Program-made: the position numbers and the translations under genes
Assembly: GCA_025349965.1 (NCBI GenBank)
Contig: CP075337.1
Span: 390,001 to 422,000, forward strand
DNA length: 32,000 nt
Source of the DNA: Candidatus Saccharimonadota bacterium
GTDB taxonomy: Bacteria > Patescibacteriota > Saccharimonadia > Saccharimonadales > Saccharimonadaceae
Reading direction: 5' to 3'
Shown here: positions 1 through 8,520 of the stretch, piece by piece
Numbering within the stretch: position 1 is the first letter of the stretch
Layout: the number at the start of each line of letters is the position of its first letter
The notes under the pieces: model-generated
Told to the model about the DNA's origin: nothing
Seen by the model: only the letters and a program-made list of their open reading frames with translations
Database searches by the model: none

Positions 1-1061
1 GATTCAACGGTTTGCGCAAGACCAAACACACGCCCTTGGCGCTTGAAGGGTACAACTTTTTGGAGAATTGTTTGCTCTGTAGCCTCTGCTATTGGCATGA
101 GACACATAAAGATGAACATACCGACAACATAGAGAGGCCACCATTCGCGTATAACAAATGCAATACCAAGAAGTGCAATGGCTAGGTTTACAATAAGCAT
201 TGTCCGGAGTGGATTCTTGCCCAGGCCAACCTTGGAAACGACAATACCGCCAGCGATGAACCCGATACTTGTAATACCCAAGACAACACCCCAAATTTCT
301 ACAGGAAACAGCGTGAGGCCGTACGGGTCCATGAGCGCCATGAAGACACCGCCAACGAGGTTATTGAACGTAGTAAAGATGATAAGCCAAACGAGTCCAG
401 GGATACTCCTGATAGTTGCGATGCTTCCCTTTAGGTCGATAGCATTCTTTTTCAACGCTGGATCGTGGTATATTTCTGGCTCTGGAATACGCACCATAGT
501 AATGAGGTGAAGAAGCGATAGTGCAGTAAGTATGAGGGCGATTGCAAGTGTCCAGCCCATGCCAAGAAGACCGATTGATAGACCGCTAAATACACTAGTG
601 ACCATAAAGGCAACACCTTGCACGGCGCCAACCATGCCATTTGCCTTATCGCGTCCCTTTTCGGGTACGAGAAGTGTTACTGTTGTGCCAAGCGCGATAT
701 TTCGCATATTCTCAACGACTGCGCCTGCAAGAATAATTCCGGCGAACAGCCAGAAAGCAGGGCTTGTAAGCGAGGTGATGTGTTCGTTGAGAAGAAAATA
801 GACAAGTGTACCGAGGCTAAACGCAACCAATGTAAATATGGTAGATGCAACCATGATAGATTTCTTTTTATGGTGGTCAACAAGCGCACCAAAGTAGATA
901 CTAGTAGCCGCAATAAGCAACATGAAGAGCCCGCCAACGATTGAGGTTGCGAGGACAGATTTCGTTTCAAGATATGCCCAAAATGTCACGGCAAACCACA
1001 GGTAGCTTGTGGTGACGTTAGCAATAAGCGTATTGAAGAGAACTTGCTTAAAATGTTTCAC
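1..1061 (-). CDS. MFS-type transporter, N-terminal ~353 codons (C-terminus lies beyond the left edge)
   Basis: I translated the minus strand by hand from GTG at 1061-1059, which is preceded in frame by TAA TAG. The frame stays open and hydrophobic to the window edge (VKHFKQVLFNTLIANVTTSYLWFAVTFW...GALVDHHKKKSIM...VVPFKRQGRVFGLAQTVE). It has many TM-like segments and a G-x-L-x-D-x-x-K-K loop like MFS motif A. It is missing from the ORF track only because no stop is reached. Confidence 0.7.
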   Translation of the reverse strand, partial: MKHFKQVLFNTLIANVTTSYLWFAVTFWAYLETKSVLATSIVGGLFMLLIAATSIYFGALVDHHKKKSIMVASTIFTLVAFSLGTLVYFLLNEHITSLTSPAFWLFAGIILAGAVVENMRNIALGTTVTLLVPEKGRDKANGMVGAVQGVAFMVTSVFSGLSIGLLGMGWTLAIALILTALSLLHLITMVRIPEPEIYHDPALKKNAIDLKGSIATIRSIPGLVWLIIFTTFNNLVGGVFMALMDPYGLTLFPVEIWGVVLGITSIGFIAGGIVVSKVGLGKNPLRTMLIVNLAIALLGIAFVIREWWPLYVVGMFIFMCLMPIAEATEQTILQKVVPFKRQGRVFGLAQTVE

Positions 1062-1087
1062 ATTCTATTAGTATATAGGGAAATTGT

Positions 1088-1120
1088 TTAAAAAATAAAA
1101 AATCCCTCAAGGTTGAGGGT
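1088..1120 (-). terminator. Rho-independent terminator after the tRNA-Thr/tRNA-Tyr pair
   Basis: The minus strand reads ACCCTCAACCTTGAGGG followed by ATTTTTTATTTTTT. This is a hairpin (CCCTCA/TGAGGG) plus U-tract just downstream of the tRNA-Tyr CCA end. Confidence 0.7.
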
Positions 1121-1133
1121 AACTTCTTTGATT

Positions 1134-1218
1134 TGGTGCTGGAAGTAGGACTCGAACCTACGAAGCCTTACGGCGGGAGATTTACAGTCTCCTGTGATTG
1201 CCACTACACGATTCCAGC
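1134..1218 (-). tRNA. tRNA-Tyr (anticodon GUA), class II with long variable arm, CCA encoded
   Basis: Hand-folded cloverleaf of 85 nt. Acceptor GCTGGAA/TTCCAGC, 3-bp D stem, anticodon stem GGAGA/TCTCC with loop CTGTAAA, long variable arm, T arm GTAGG-TTCGAGT-CCTAC, then A-CCA. Confidence 0.9.
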
Positions 1219-1237
1219 ATGTCCGTGTTGTTTAATT

Positions 1238-1314
1238 TGGAGCCGCCTCACGGATTCGAACCGTGGACCTACTGTTTACAAAACAGCCGCTCTAACCAAC
1301 TGAGCTAAGGCGGC
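1238..1314 (-). tRNA. tRNA-Thr (anticodon UGU), CCA encoded
   Basis: 77-nt cloverleaf. Acceptor GCCGCCT/AGGCGGC, D arm GCTC-AGTTGGTTA-GAGC, anticodon stem GCTGT/ACAGT with loop TTTGTAA, T arm CACGG-TTCGAAT-CCGTG, then T-CCA. Confidence 0.9.
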
Positions 1315-1323
1315 GACTTATTT

Positions 1324-1332
1324 ATTGTAGCA
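1324..1332 (-). promoter_or_regulatory. Extended -10 promoter (TGcTACAAT) for the tRNA-Thr/tRNA-Tyr unit
   Basis: The minus strand reads TGCTACAAT, ending 9 nt upstream of the mature tRNA-Thr 5' end. There is no good -35. Confidence 0.4.
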
Positions 1333-1372
1333 TAGTTTATTTGAAAAGCTAGGGGTTACTGTGCAAAAAGTA

Positions 1373-1378
1373 TATACT
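1373..1378 (+). promoter_or_regulatory. -10 box TATACT placed 7 nt before the ATG at 1386 (leaderless geometry)
   Basis: TATACT-agaaaga-ATG, with no Shine-Dalgarno in between. Confidence 0.4.
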
Positions 1379-1385
1379 AGAAAGA

Positions 1386-2687
1386 ATGAGTAGTAAAAAA
1401 CCACAACGCGTCACCGCACGCTTTGATGTGATTGTCGGCGGCGGTCAATCACTTGCCACCCTTGAGGATGGGCGCAAGCTTTTCGCTTGGGGTGTTCTAC
1501 CTGGTGAAACAGCCGAAGTTTTAATCACAAAAAAGAAATCACGGTACCTTGAAGGAGTTGCCGAAACAATCCTTGAATCAAATCAAGAAGTTCGTGTCGC
1601 GCCTGTTGATCCTGAGAGCTATCTTTCTACCAGCCCGTGGCAAATTATGAATTTTGAGAGTGAACAGCACTATAAAGCGGCGCTCATTGAAGAGGCGTTT
1701 GAGCTTCACGACGTTGTACTGCCAGATCCAATTGAAGTATATAGCGATGGGAAAGAATATGGCTACCGAAACAAGATTGAGTTTAGCTTTTGGTATGACA
1801 CGGAAGCTGCTGAAAATCCTCTCTCGCTTGCATTCTTCCGTCGTGGCACGCACGGAAAGATTGCAGTAAACGGTACGAGTCTTGCAAGTCCCGCTATTGC
1901 TGCGACTGCCGAGCGTGTACTTGCGGTACTAAATAGCCTAAGCGTTGAAGGGCGGGCCTTAAAAACACTCATGATACGAAGTGCAGCGAATGGCGATGTG
2001 GCCTGGCAACTCTATGTAAAAGACGAAGCATTCCCCGCTGAAGCAGTTCTCGCTGCACTGCCTGAGTCGGAAAATGGGGAAGTAATTTACTCTAACCCAA
2101 AGAGTCCGGCGAGCGTCATTACTGAGCGCCTCACCGCACCGGCGCGCGCTTTGAGTGATACCATTCTTGGTACGCCCTTTACCTATGCAACTGAAGGCTT
2201 CTTCCAGATTAATCTTCCTATTTATGAGCAGGCATTGCGTGACATGCAGGCATGGGTTCCTGAAGGAATTGAAACCGTTGATATGTATAGCGGTGTCGGA
2301 ACTATCGGCCTCACTATTGGTGGTGATAGCACAACGCTTGTTGAAGTGAATGAGTATGCCGTAGGGGAGATGCGCCGTAACATTAAGAGTCTTGGGCTCA
2401 AGGCTGAGGCGGTTTTGGCGGCAAGTGAAAACGCACTTGATTATATTACTGGCGACAAGACAATTATTGTTGACCCTCCACGCGCTGGTCTTCATGAAGC
2501 AGTGATTGAGCGGCTTCTTTCTGAAGCGCCGAAGCGTATTGTCTACCTTTCATGTAATCCGGTAACACAGGCGCGAGATGTAGCTCGTCTTGGCGAAAAG
2601 TACGGTATCAAGGCACATAAAGGTTATAATTTTTTCCCGCGTACCCCGCACATTGAACACCTTGTCGTTCTTGATCTTAAGGGGTAG
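1386..2687 (+). CDS. RumA/TrmA-family SAM-dependent RNA (uracil-C5)-methyltransferase
   Basis: 433-aa ORF. It has an N-terminal TRAM-like beta region and the motifs FFQIN, DMYSGVGTIGL (SAM binding), VDPPRAG and YLSCNP (catalytic Cys) typical of the family. Confidence 0.85.
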   Translation: MSSKKPQRVTARFDVIVGGGQSLATLEDGRKLFAWGVLPGETAEVLITKKKSRYLEGVAETILESNQEVRVAPVDPESYLSTSPWQIMNFESEQHYKAALIEEAFELHDVVLPDPIEVYSDGKEYGYRNKIEFSFWYDTEAAENPLSLAFFRRGTHGKIAVNGTSLASPAIAATAERVLAVLNSLSVEGRALKTLMIRSAANGDVAWQLYVKDEAFPAEAVLAALPESENGEVIYSNPKSPASVITERLTAPARALSDTILGTPFTYATEGFFQINLPIYEQALRDMQAWVPEGIETVDMYSGVGTIGLTIGGDSTTLVEVNEYAVGEMRRNIKSLGLKAEAVLAASENALDYITGDKTIIVDPPRAGLHEAVIERLLSEAPKRIVYLSCNPVTQARDVARLGEKYGIKAHKGYNFFPRTPHIEHLVVLDLKG

Positions 2688-2710
2688 ATATTGCTTTATT
2701 CGGATTAATC

Positions 2711-2719
2711 TGATATAAT
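2711..2719 (+). promoter_or_regulatory. Extended -10 promoter TGaTATAAT, 8 nt before the ATG at 2728
   Basis: TGATATAAT-atattatt-ATG, with no SD. Confidence 0.4.
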
Positions 2720-2727
2720 ATATTATT

Positions 2728-3009
2728 ATGGACGCTGTAAAGACATATCTTCAAAAATGGAATACTCAAAAGAACGCTTTTGCAAAGGTGCAGAGTACTT
2801 ATATCGCTCTTGCGGTGGGGCTTTTTCTTGTCGCAGCGGTAATCAGCCTTATTAATCCAAATCTTGGGCAAAGTATTATATTCTTTTCTCTTATTTCGTT
2901 TCTTGTTTTTGTGGGTAATGCTGTGATTTGGGCACTTTTACAAACATTCATCGTTGCGAAGCTAGATGAAAAGCCAGTTGTAAAAATTGCGTCACGCACA
3001 CGTAAGTAA
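2728..3009 (+). CDS. Small membrane protein (two predicted TM helices), unknown function
   Basis: 93-aa ORF with two hydrophobic stretches (IALAVGLFLVAAVISLI and IIFFSLISFLVFVGNAVIWALL). It sits between its own promoter-like box and a strong terminator. Confidence 0.55.
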   Translation: MDAVKTYLQKWNTQKNAFAKVQSTYIALAVGLFLVAAVISLINPNLGQSIIFFSLISFLVFVGNAVIWALLQTFIVAKLDEKPVVKIASRTRK

Positions 3010-3023
3010 TAGCTCTCTTATAT

Positions 3024-3056
3024 AAAAAACCGTCCCTAGTCGGACGGTTTTATTTT
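3024..3056. terminator. Bidirectional intrinsic terminator
   Basis: AAAAAA-CCGTCC-ctagtc-GGACGG-TTTTATTTT. It lies between the + ORF ending at 3009 and the minus-strand tRNA-Thr ending at 3063. Confidence 0.75.
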
Positions 3057-3062
3057 CGTCTA

Positions 3063-3138
3063 TGGAGCCACGATCGGGGCTTGAACCCGAGACCTCATCC
3101 TTACCATGGATGCGCTCTACCAGCTGAGCTATCGCGGC
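3063..3138 (-). tRNA. tRNA-Thr (anticodon GGU), CCA encoded
   Basis: 76-nt cloverleaf. Acceptor GCCGCGA/TCGTGGC, D arm GCTC-AGCTGGTA-GAGC, anticodon stem CATCC/GGATG with loop ATGGTAA, T arm TCGGG-TTCAAGC-CCCGA, then T-CCA. Confidence 0.9.
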
Positions 3139-3257
3139 ACTTGCAACGTTAGTAATTATAACAGCAAATGACCTCTTTGAAAACTCCCTCTGGTTACTTT
3201 CTAAATAGGTGAATATTGGGTATACTAGAAGCATAATCAGTAAGAGGTAATCAACTA

Positions 3258-4295
3258 ATGTATCCAAATGGACAGAACGGTCTGGGTGGTGACCCGAGTG
3301 CTCCACAAGACCCATATCAGGCGCCTGTGCAAGGTGGCGGATCGACGGGATATGAACCCCAACAGCCAAACTCGTTATTTCAGGTGCAACCCGAGCCAGC
3401 TCCGCAAGGAAAAAAGAAGCTTCTTGTGGCGCTTCTTATCGCTGCGGGAGTGCTCATTCTTATTGTAGGTGTAGCGCTTTACGTTGTATTGACGCGTATG
3501 CAGTCAGTTGCGGTAAAAGAAGAAGAAAAGGTGGTTCCCGCTCAATCCGCAGTAATTATTCAAACAGTAAAAAAGACTATCAAGGAAGCATACCCTGCAG
3601 TAGATACGCGTGATGTCTTGGCCGTGCAGGTTCCGGCTGTCACTATTACCGATGCTTCTAATGCGCCTGTGTATCAGCCGGACGGGTATCAGTATAAAGT
3701 TCAATATGATAACGATGCCGGCTTTAACTATGTGGCTCCGGCTCTGGCACAGAATGCCAAAAAGCCACAGACAGTATCATCAATTGCCGAGAATGTACTA
3801 AAGAATAGTGATTTGACACTTTCAACCACTCAAGGTGTGAAAGAGGTAAATGGGGCTGCAACGAGAGTATATACTGGCCGAGGTGTTGTCTGTGCGGTGC
3901 AGTACGAAAATGCAGAAGCAACGCAAAAAGGGCTTGTTAACTGTGGTGATAGCGACACGTATACAAAGATCGCTGCTGACATGCAACCTTTTGCCGACTC
4001 ACTCAATACCATTACTCCAGAGACAACTGTAAGGAATCTTGTTACGGCAGATAGTGATGCTGGCGGATACCAGCGCGCGACAGTTCAGATTATTGATGAC
4101 AAGGGTGGCCGTGCTACCGCCTACTTCTACAAGAAAGATGCCGGACGATGGCTCCACCTCGTTACAAGTAAAGATCCTGTAGTTGCATGCGCTGCATTTA
4201 CATCGGTTGAAATGCAACGGGCGTTCCTTAATGTGCCGTGTAAAGATGCGGCTAACGCGAATGCAAAAGTGCAAGTCTTAGAAGCGAAGCGCTAG
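3258..4295 (+). CDS. Membrane-anchored protein: P/Q/G-rich N-terminus, one TM helix, Cys-containing C-terminal domain; unknown function
   Basis: 345-aa ORF. The N-terminal ~55 aa are low-complexity (PQDPYQAPVQGGGSTGYEPQQP). The TM segment is LLVALLIAAGVLILIVGVALYVVL. The C-terminal ~260 aa carry two Cys pairs. TATACT at 3221-3226 and AAGAGG lie upstream. Confidence 0.6.
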   Translation: MYPNGQNGLGGDPSAPQDPYQAPVQGGGSTGYEPQQPNSLFQVQPEPAPQGKKKLLVALLIAAGVLILIVGVALYVVLTRMQSVAVKEEEKVVPAQSAVIIQTVKKTIKEAYPAVDTRDVLAVQVPAVTITDASNAPVYQPDGYQYKVQYDNDAGFNYVAPALAQNAKKPQTVSSIAENVLKNSDLTLSTTQGVKEVNGAATRVYTGRGVVCAVQYENAEATQKGLVNCGDSDTYTKIAADMQPFADSLNTITPETTVRNLVTADSDAGGYQRATVQIIDDKGGRATAYFYKKDAGRWLHLVTSKDPVVACAAFTSVEMQRAFLNVPCKDAANANAKVQVLEAKR

Positions 4296-4335
4296 AAAAA
4301 CCAGGCTGACCCTAGTCAATCTTGTAAAAATCTGC

Positions 4336-4341
4336 TATAAT
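4336..4341 (+). promoter_or_regulatory. Extended -10 promoter (TGcTATAAT) for rpmG
   Basis: TGCTATAAT at 4333-4341, bracketed by the 6-bp inverted repeat AATCTG (4329-4334) / CAGATT (4346-4351). Confidence 0.4.
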
Positions 4342-4380
4342 GATACAGATTGATATAAAACAACCTTAAGTGAGTTATAA

Positions 4381-4587
4381 ATGGCAAAGAAGAATACAAA
4401 GCGTAAATTAGTTGGTTTGGTGAGTGAATTAACCGGTCATCGTACGTATTACACCACTAAGAATACACAGAATACGACTGAGAAAATCAGCCTCAAGAAG
4501 TACGACCCAGTTGCTCGTAAGCACGCGACGTACACCGAGACCAAGAAAAACCTTGGACGTAACGAAGTTAAGCCACGCAAGGGCTAA
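4381..4587 (+). CDS. rpmG: 50S ribosomal protein L33 (Cys-less, non-zinc form, short C-terminal extension)
   Basis: The core [34 protein letters not shown] matches the L33 signature (NYxTxKNxRNxPxxLxLKKYxPxxxKHxxHxExK). The usual CxxC pairs are replaced. Confidence 0.85.
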   Translation: MAKKNTKRKLVGLVSELTGHRTYYTTKNTQNTTEKISLKKYDPVARKHATYTETKKNLGRNEVKPRKG

Positions 4588-4597
4588 TCGTACCAAA

Positions 4598-4632
4598 CAA
4601 AAAAGACGCAATCACCGCGTCTTTTTTGTTTG
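4598..4632. terminator. Bidirectional intrinsic terminator between convergent rpmG and the glucan operon
   Basis: AAAAGACGC-aatcacc-GCGTCTTTTTTGTTT; A-run upstream, T-run downstream. Confidence 0.8.
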
Positions 4633-4651
4633 CTCTCCGCTGAAGAGGAGA

Positions 4652-5317
4652 TTAGGCAGCGTTAAGCTCGTCAACGAGCCACATCCCTGCGATACAGGCG
4701 GTAGAGAGACTGCTTTCCGTTACCGAAGCGCCGCTTATGTAGATATAGAGTTTATTGCGGTCAATCTCTAGCGCGTATGGCCAGAGTTTTTCGCCTATTC
4801 CGAAGATAACAGGAGAGGTGAGGAGGGACTCTACGCGATGAGAGTGTGTTGGACGAGATAGGATTTGGTATTTTCCATGGAAGTTAGGACTGTGGTTTAC
4901 ATGGTGAAGGATACTATTAAGTGGCTGCATGTGAATATTCGCATTAAAAATGCGCTCATAAACTGAGCCATTCTTTCCGGTTGGGACAAAAAATACATGA
5001 GGTATATCGATTACCTGGAGCTCAAATTCGAAAATAACCCAGCTCTGTGGCTGCTTTGCAGAACCACTACGCTTCTGGATGTCAAAACGGTCGACCATTC
5101 GGATATTGTGACCTTCATACGTGCCAACGGCGTAGTGCGCATCTCTGTGGCTGGTTGAAGCGGTAAACCCACGGATTGCATCATATTCATCGTCGTGTTG
5201 ATGCATGCTACCGAGATAGGCAAGACCGATTTTATCTGTGAATTTACGTAATAGTCTGCCTCGGGCGTGAATCTGGGGCTTCATCTGGCGTAGCGTGTAG
5301 TAAAGTGGCGTGCGCAT
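4652..5317 (-). CDS. Hypothetical protein, last gene of the glucan operon
   Basis: 221-aa ORF with no motif I recognise. Its ATG shares one base with the TAA of the upstream GH15 gene (TAATG), indicating translational coupling. Confidence 0.6.
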   Translation of the reverse strand: MRTPLYYTLRQMKPQIHARGRLLRKFTDKIGLAYLGSMHQHDDEYDAIRGFTASTSHRDAHYAVGTYEGHNIRMVDRFDIQKRSGSAKQPQSWVIFEFELQVIDIPHVFFVPTGKNGSVYERIFNANIHMQPLNSILHHVNHSPNFHGKYQILSRPTHSHRVESLLTSPVIFGIGEKLWPYALEIDRNKLYIYISGASVTESSLSTACIAGMWLVDELNAA

Positions 5318-7293
5318 TAGATTTCACTTTCTCCGCGACGCTGGGGAGTGTTTTCTGTTTTACCAATGAGATCGATAAGCGTCGACACATATTCAGCGTG
5401 TGACCATGTGAGCGGAACAGGAGCGATGGACTCATTCGTCACTGTATCTACTTGCTCTCCGAGCATGCCGGTACCTGTAGCATGGGCTTGAACCCAGTCA
5501 AGGACTGAATAGGCTGACGCGGTATCATCTTGGTCTATGTGGTATTGAGCGTTCCAGAGTGTCGTAATGTGCCACCAGTTTCCAAGTGAACCTTCATTGG
5601 TTCGTCGATATGTGTCATTTTCATACCGAGGTACTCCCGGCGAGTTACGGGACGTACCGAATACTTCGCGGTGCACCTTGAGCGCGGAGGTGATCTCTGG
5701 ACTTGTAATAGGAAAGAGGCCGTACATAAAGGCTCCATATAACGCTGACGAGTCTAGCGTTTCATCACGAATAATCTCATCATTAAGCACACGGATGCCT
5801 TTATAGAATGCGCCGCGTTCTTTATTATAGAGGTGGTTTTGTGCAGCCGTATGAATATCTTCAGCAGCTGCCTGCCATTTGACGGCACTTTCCTTGTCTC
5901 CGGCGATATTAGCGAGCTCGGAAGCGGCGATAAGTGCACCGTACGTGAGGGATGTCGTATACGTTGTGGTAAGGAAATTTTCTTCCCATAGGTCATAGCT
6001 TGGCCTTGGAAGGCCCGTTTTTTGCTCGATGTAGTCAGCCATAAAATCAGCCATTGGCTTAATCATGCTTGAGTAGAAATCTTTAATGAGTGTGTTATTC
6101 TTTGTGAGTTGATAGAACTGAGCAAACACAAAGACAACGAGCGCAGTTTCGTCTTCTTGAATTGGAGGGGCAACCTCTCCGTCGTGAATATACGGATGCC
6201 AACTACTTCCAATTGCACCATCGGCACGATACTTATGGTAAAGATAGCCACTTGGGTGCAGTCCTTTTTGGCAGAAACTGAAGAAACGGTAGGCTTCATC
6301 GTAATAACCCATGCGGATCAGTGGCCACACTACATAGGCGCCATCACGAGGCCATGAATAGGCGTAGGCGTCGCGTGAGTAATTAAGCATTGAAGAATCG
6401 GTACTAGCAATAATTGCGCCACGCTTGTCAATTTGTGACTTCATAATCATAACGCTCTCAATAAACATTGAACGGTGTGATTCTGGGAGTTTATTCGCCA
6501 CTGACCGTGCTGGAGTAAGCCACTCGTTCCACCATTCAGCCGTCTTGTGAAGCCGTGTCTGGACACCCTGATTCTTGACTTGCTTATGAATGTAGAGCGC
6601 CTCGCGGGTACTCATGCCGGCAGTAATCCAATAATGAATTCTCTCTGACGATTTTCCGTCAATAGAGAGGCTGAAGCGGAGAATTGAATCCACCTTACCG
6701 TGCTCAACATTGTTATTACTGAGCTCGCCATCCTCTGCGTCCCTAAAAGAACCTTCTTTGCCCTCAATGCCAAAGACACCAATAGTGTGTTGGTCAAACG
6801 AACCGGCTTCGGAAGTTCCAGAGATAATAAATGAACGACGGCCGCGATAGTGAAGAATGGCATGGCTATCCGGAAGGAATTGAGCGGTGTCAGTATTGCT
6901 GAGTGAATCCCCAATTGCAAAGGCTTGGTAAGTGAAGAGCTTGATATTTCGCTTTTCGTCATGATGGTTAATGACATGAATATTACGCATGAAAGCAGAA
7001 AGCTGCGAATCAACTGCGTCATCAAACTCAAGTGTTATACCAAGAGCGGTGTTGCGCGCTCTGATATGCCCCACAAGTGACGCATGCGGATACCGGTAGG
7101 TAAATTCCCAGGCATTTTCATCATCCGTCCAGCTGAGCTGTCCATCAACGTAGACGCCGACTTTATGACGCAAGTTCTGTCCGGCGGCATGGTTTTCAAG
7201 CCCTACGTACGGATAATAGAAATCATGCACGGTACCATAATTATTGATGCCGACATGAAGCTCGCCGTTTGATAAAACAATCGGTCGAGGCAT
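5317..7293 (-). CDS. Glycoside hydrolase family 15 (glucoamylase / glucodextranase-like)
   Basis: 658-aa ORF. It has an N-terminal beta-sandwich-like region and an (alpha/alpha)6 region with the GH15 signatures YSWPRDGAYVVWPL and YDLWEENF. Confidence 0.85.
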   Translation of the reverse strand: MPRPIVLSNGELHVGINNYGTVHDFYYPYVGLENHAAGQNLRHKVGVYVDGQLSWTDDENAWEFTYRYPHASLVGHIRARNTALGITLEFDDAVDSQLSAFMRNIHVINHHDEKRNIKLFTYQAFAIGDSLSNTDTAQFLPDSHAILHYRGRRSFIISGTSEAGSFDQHTIGVFGIEGKEGSFRDAEDGELSNNNVEHGKVDSILRFSLSIDGKSSERIHYWITAGMSTREALYIHKQVKNQGVQTRLHKTAEWWNEWLTPARSVANKLPESHRSMFIESVMIMKSQIDKRGAIIASTDSSMLNYSRDAYAYSWPRDGAYVVWPLIRMGYYDEAYRFFSFCQKGLHPSGYLYHKYRADGAIGSSWHPYIHDGEVAPPIQEDETALVVFVFAQFYQLTKNNTLIKDFYSSMIKPMADFMADYIEQKTGLPRPSYDLWEENFLTTTYTTSLTYGALIAASELANIAGDKESAVKWQAAAEDIHTAAQNHLYNKERGAFYKGIRVLNDEIIRDETLDSSALYGAFMYGLFPITSPEITSALKVHREVFGTSRNSPGVPRYENDTYRRTNEGSLGNWWHITTLWNAQYHIDQDDTASAYSVLDWVQAHATGTGMLGEQVDTVTNESIAPVPLTWSHAEYVSTLIDLIGKTENTPQRRGESEI

Positions 7294-8520
7294 TTATTTC
7301 TCCTCTTGTTGTGCTTGAACTTCGGCAAGGCGGAAACGAAGATCGCGCAGTGCGTTCATGAAGTAGAGAAAGGCGTCATATGGTGAGTTGTAGGGGCTGA
7401 AATATGCGTGCACGTCACCGTCGGTAAACCATTTTGTACACATATAATAACTGTGGTCAGAGGTTTGGAGTTTGCGCCAATCACCAATCAACTCAATATC
7501 TCCGGTTTCAAGTACGGGTGTCTCTAACTCATAGAGGTAGCGAAGCGCTTCTTGTTGCATGTCGTTACCAAGCCATGCGGTAAGGTCGCGCTCGCTGTCC
7601 GCCCAAGTCACTGTGTGCGGCATACTGATAGTACCCACCGGCTCGCTATTACGGACTGCCTCGGTAGCGGTGTAGAAAGTGCGGTCTGGCGAAGAAAGCC
7701 AACGCTTCACAAACTCATCAAAGAACTCAAAGATACCGGTATCTTCCCATTGGTGTTCACCAAAGGTTTCGTAATCCATGAAGAGATTAAGGGTTGATTG
7801 ACCTTCCATGGCGCTGGTTGTCCAGCTTTCGTACTTATCAGCAGTCAGTGGCCATTCTTCCCATGCTTGGTTACTGAAGCGGAAGGCGAGGTCATCGCTG
7901 AGCTTATAGTTTTTCATGAGAAGTTTAATGTTTTTTGTGCCTTCAGGGCGATACACAAAGTTAGGGCTGCGCCATTCAAGAATAGGGTCCCAGCCTTCTG
8001 CGAGGATTCCTTCAAAGCCATATTCATCTGCCCACTGTGCGAGCGAGTCGTTGTAGGACAGCTCGGTGTTACGGAATACGCGGGTTTCAACGCCAAACGT
8101 GTCACGAATCAATTGTTTGTGCGCCTCAACCTGATTAACAAATTCCTCGCGACTATAGAAGAAAGCGAGTGAGTGGTAGTAGGTCTCTGCAACAATCTCA
8201 ACACGTCCAGTATCAACAAGGTCTTTAAAGTCTTGCAGTACATCTGGTGCCCATGCACGAGCTTGTTCAATGAAGGTGCCGGTAATACTCAACGAAACTT
8301 TAAATTCTGGATGTTCATCTAGAAGTTTTTTAAGAAGCGCATTCATTGGGCGGTATGATTTGTCGGCGACCTTATGGAAGATGCGCTCGTTGTTGTGCTG
8401 GCTGAAGTAGTCAGTTTCTTCAAAGTAATTATGATTTAGTGACGTATCAAAGACGGTATACTCGCGTATACGGAACGGCTGGTGTACGTGCATGTACAAT
8501 GTTATGGCTTGCTTACTCAT
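7294..8520 (-). CDS. Glycoside hydrolase family 57 (alpha-amylase / alpha-glucan-processing enzyme)
   Basis: 408-aa ORF with GH57 conserved regions: HVHQPFR, GRVEIVAETYYHS, GILAEGW (candidate nucleophile Glu) and FMDYETFGEH (candidate acid/base Asp). It abuts the GH15 gene with a 0-nt gap. Confidence 0.85.
   Translation of the reverse strand: MSKQAITLYMHVHQPFRIREYTVFDTSLNHNYFEETDYFSQHNNERIFHKVADKSYRPMNALLKKLLDEHPEFKVSLSITGTFIEQARAWAPDVLQDFKDLVDTGRVEIVAETYYHSLAFFYSREEFVNQVEAHKQLIRDTFGVETRVFRNTELSYNDSLAQWADEYGFEGILAEGWDPILEWRSPNFVYRPEGTKNIKLLMKNYKLSDDLAFRFSNQAWEEWPLTADKYESWTTSAMEGQSTLNLFMDYETFGEHQWEDTGIFEFFDEFVKRWLSSPDRTFYTATEAVRNSEPVGTISMPHTVTWADSERDLTAWLGNDMQQEALRYLYELETPVLETGDIELIGDWRKLQTSDHSYYMCTKWFTDGDVHAYFSPYNSPYDAFLYFMNALRDLRFRLAEVQAQQEEK

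Noticed and set aside
1959-2495. Long antisense ORFs inside well-supported genes: 1959-2495(-), 13513-13917(-), 14146-14532(-), 20577-21104(-), 28506-28946(-), 30085-30624(-) and 30941-31381(+).
   Set aside because: Each lies fully within, or opposite to, a gene with strong motif support. Their translations are low-complexity or Cys/Arg-rich, which is typical of shadow frames.
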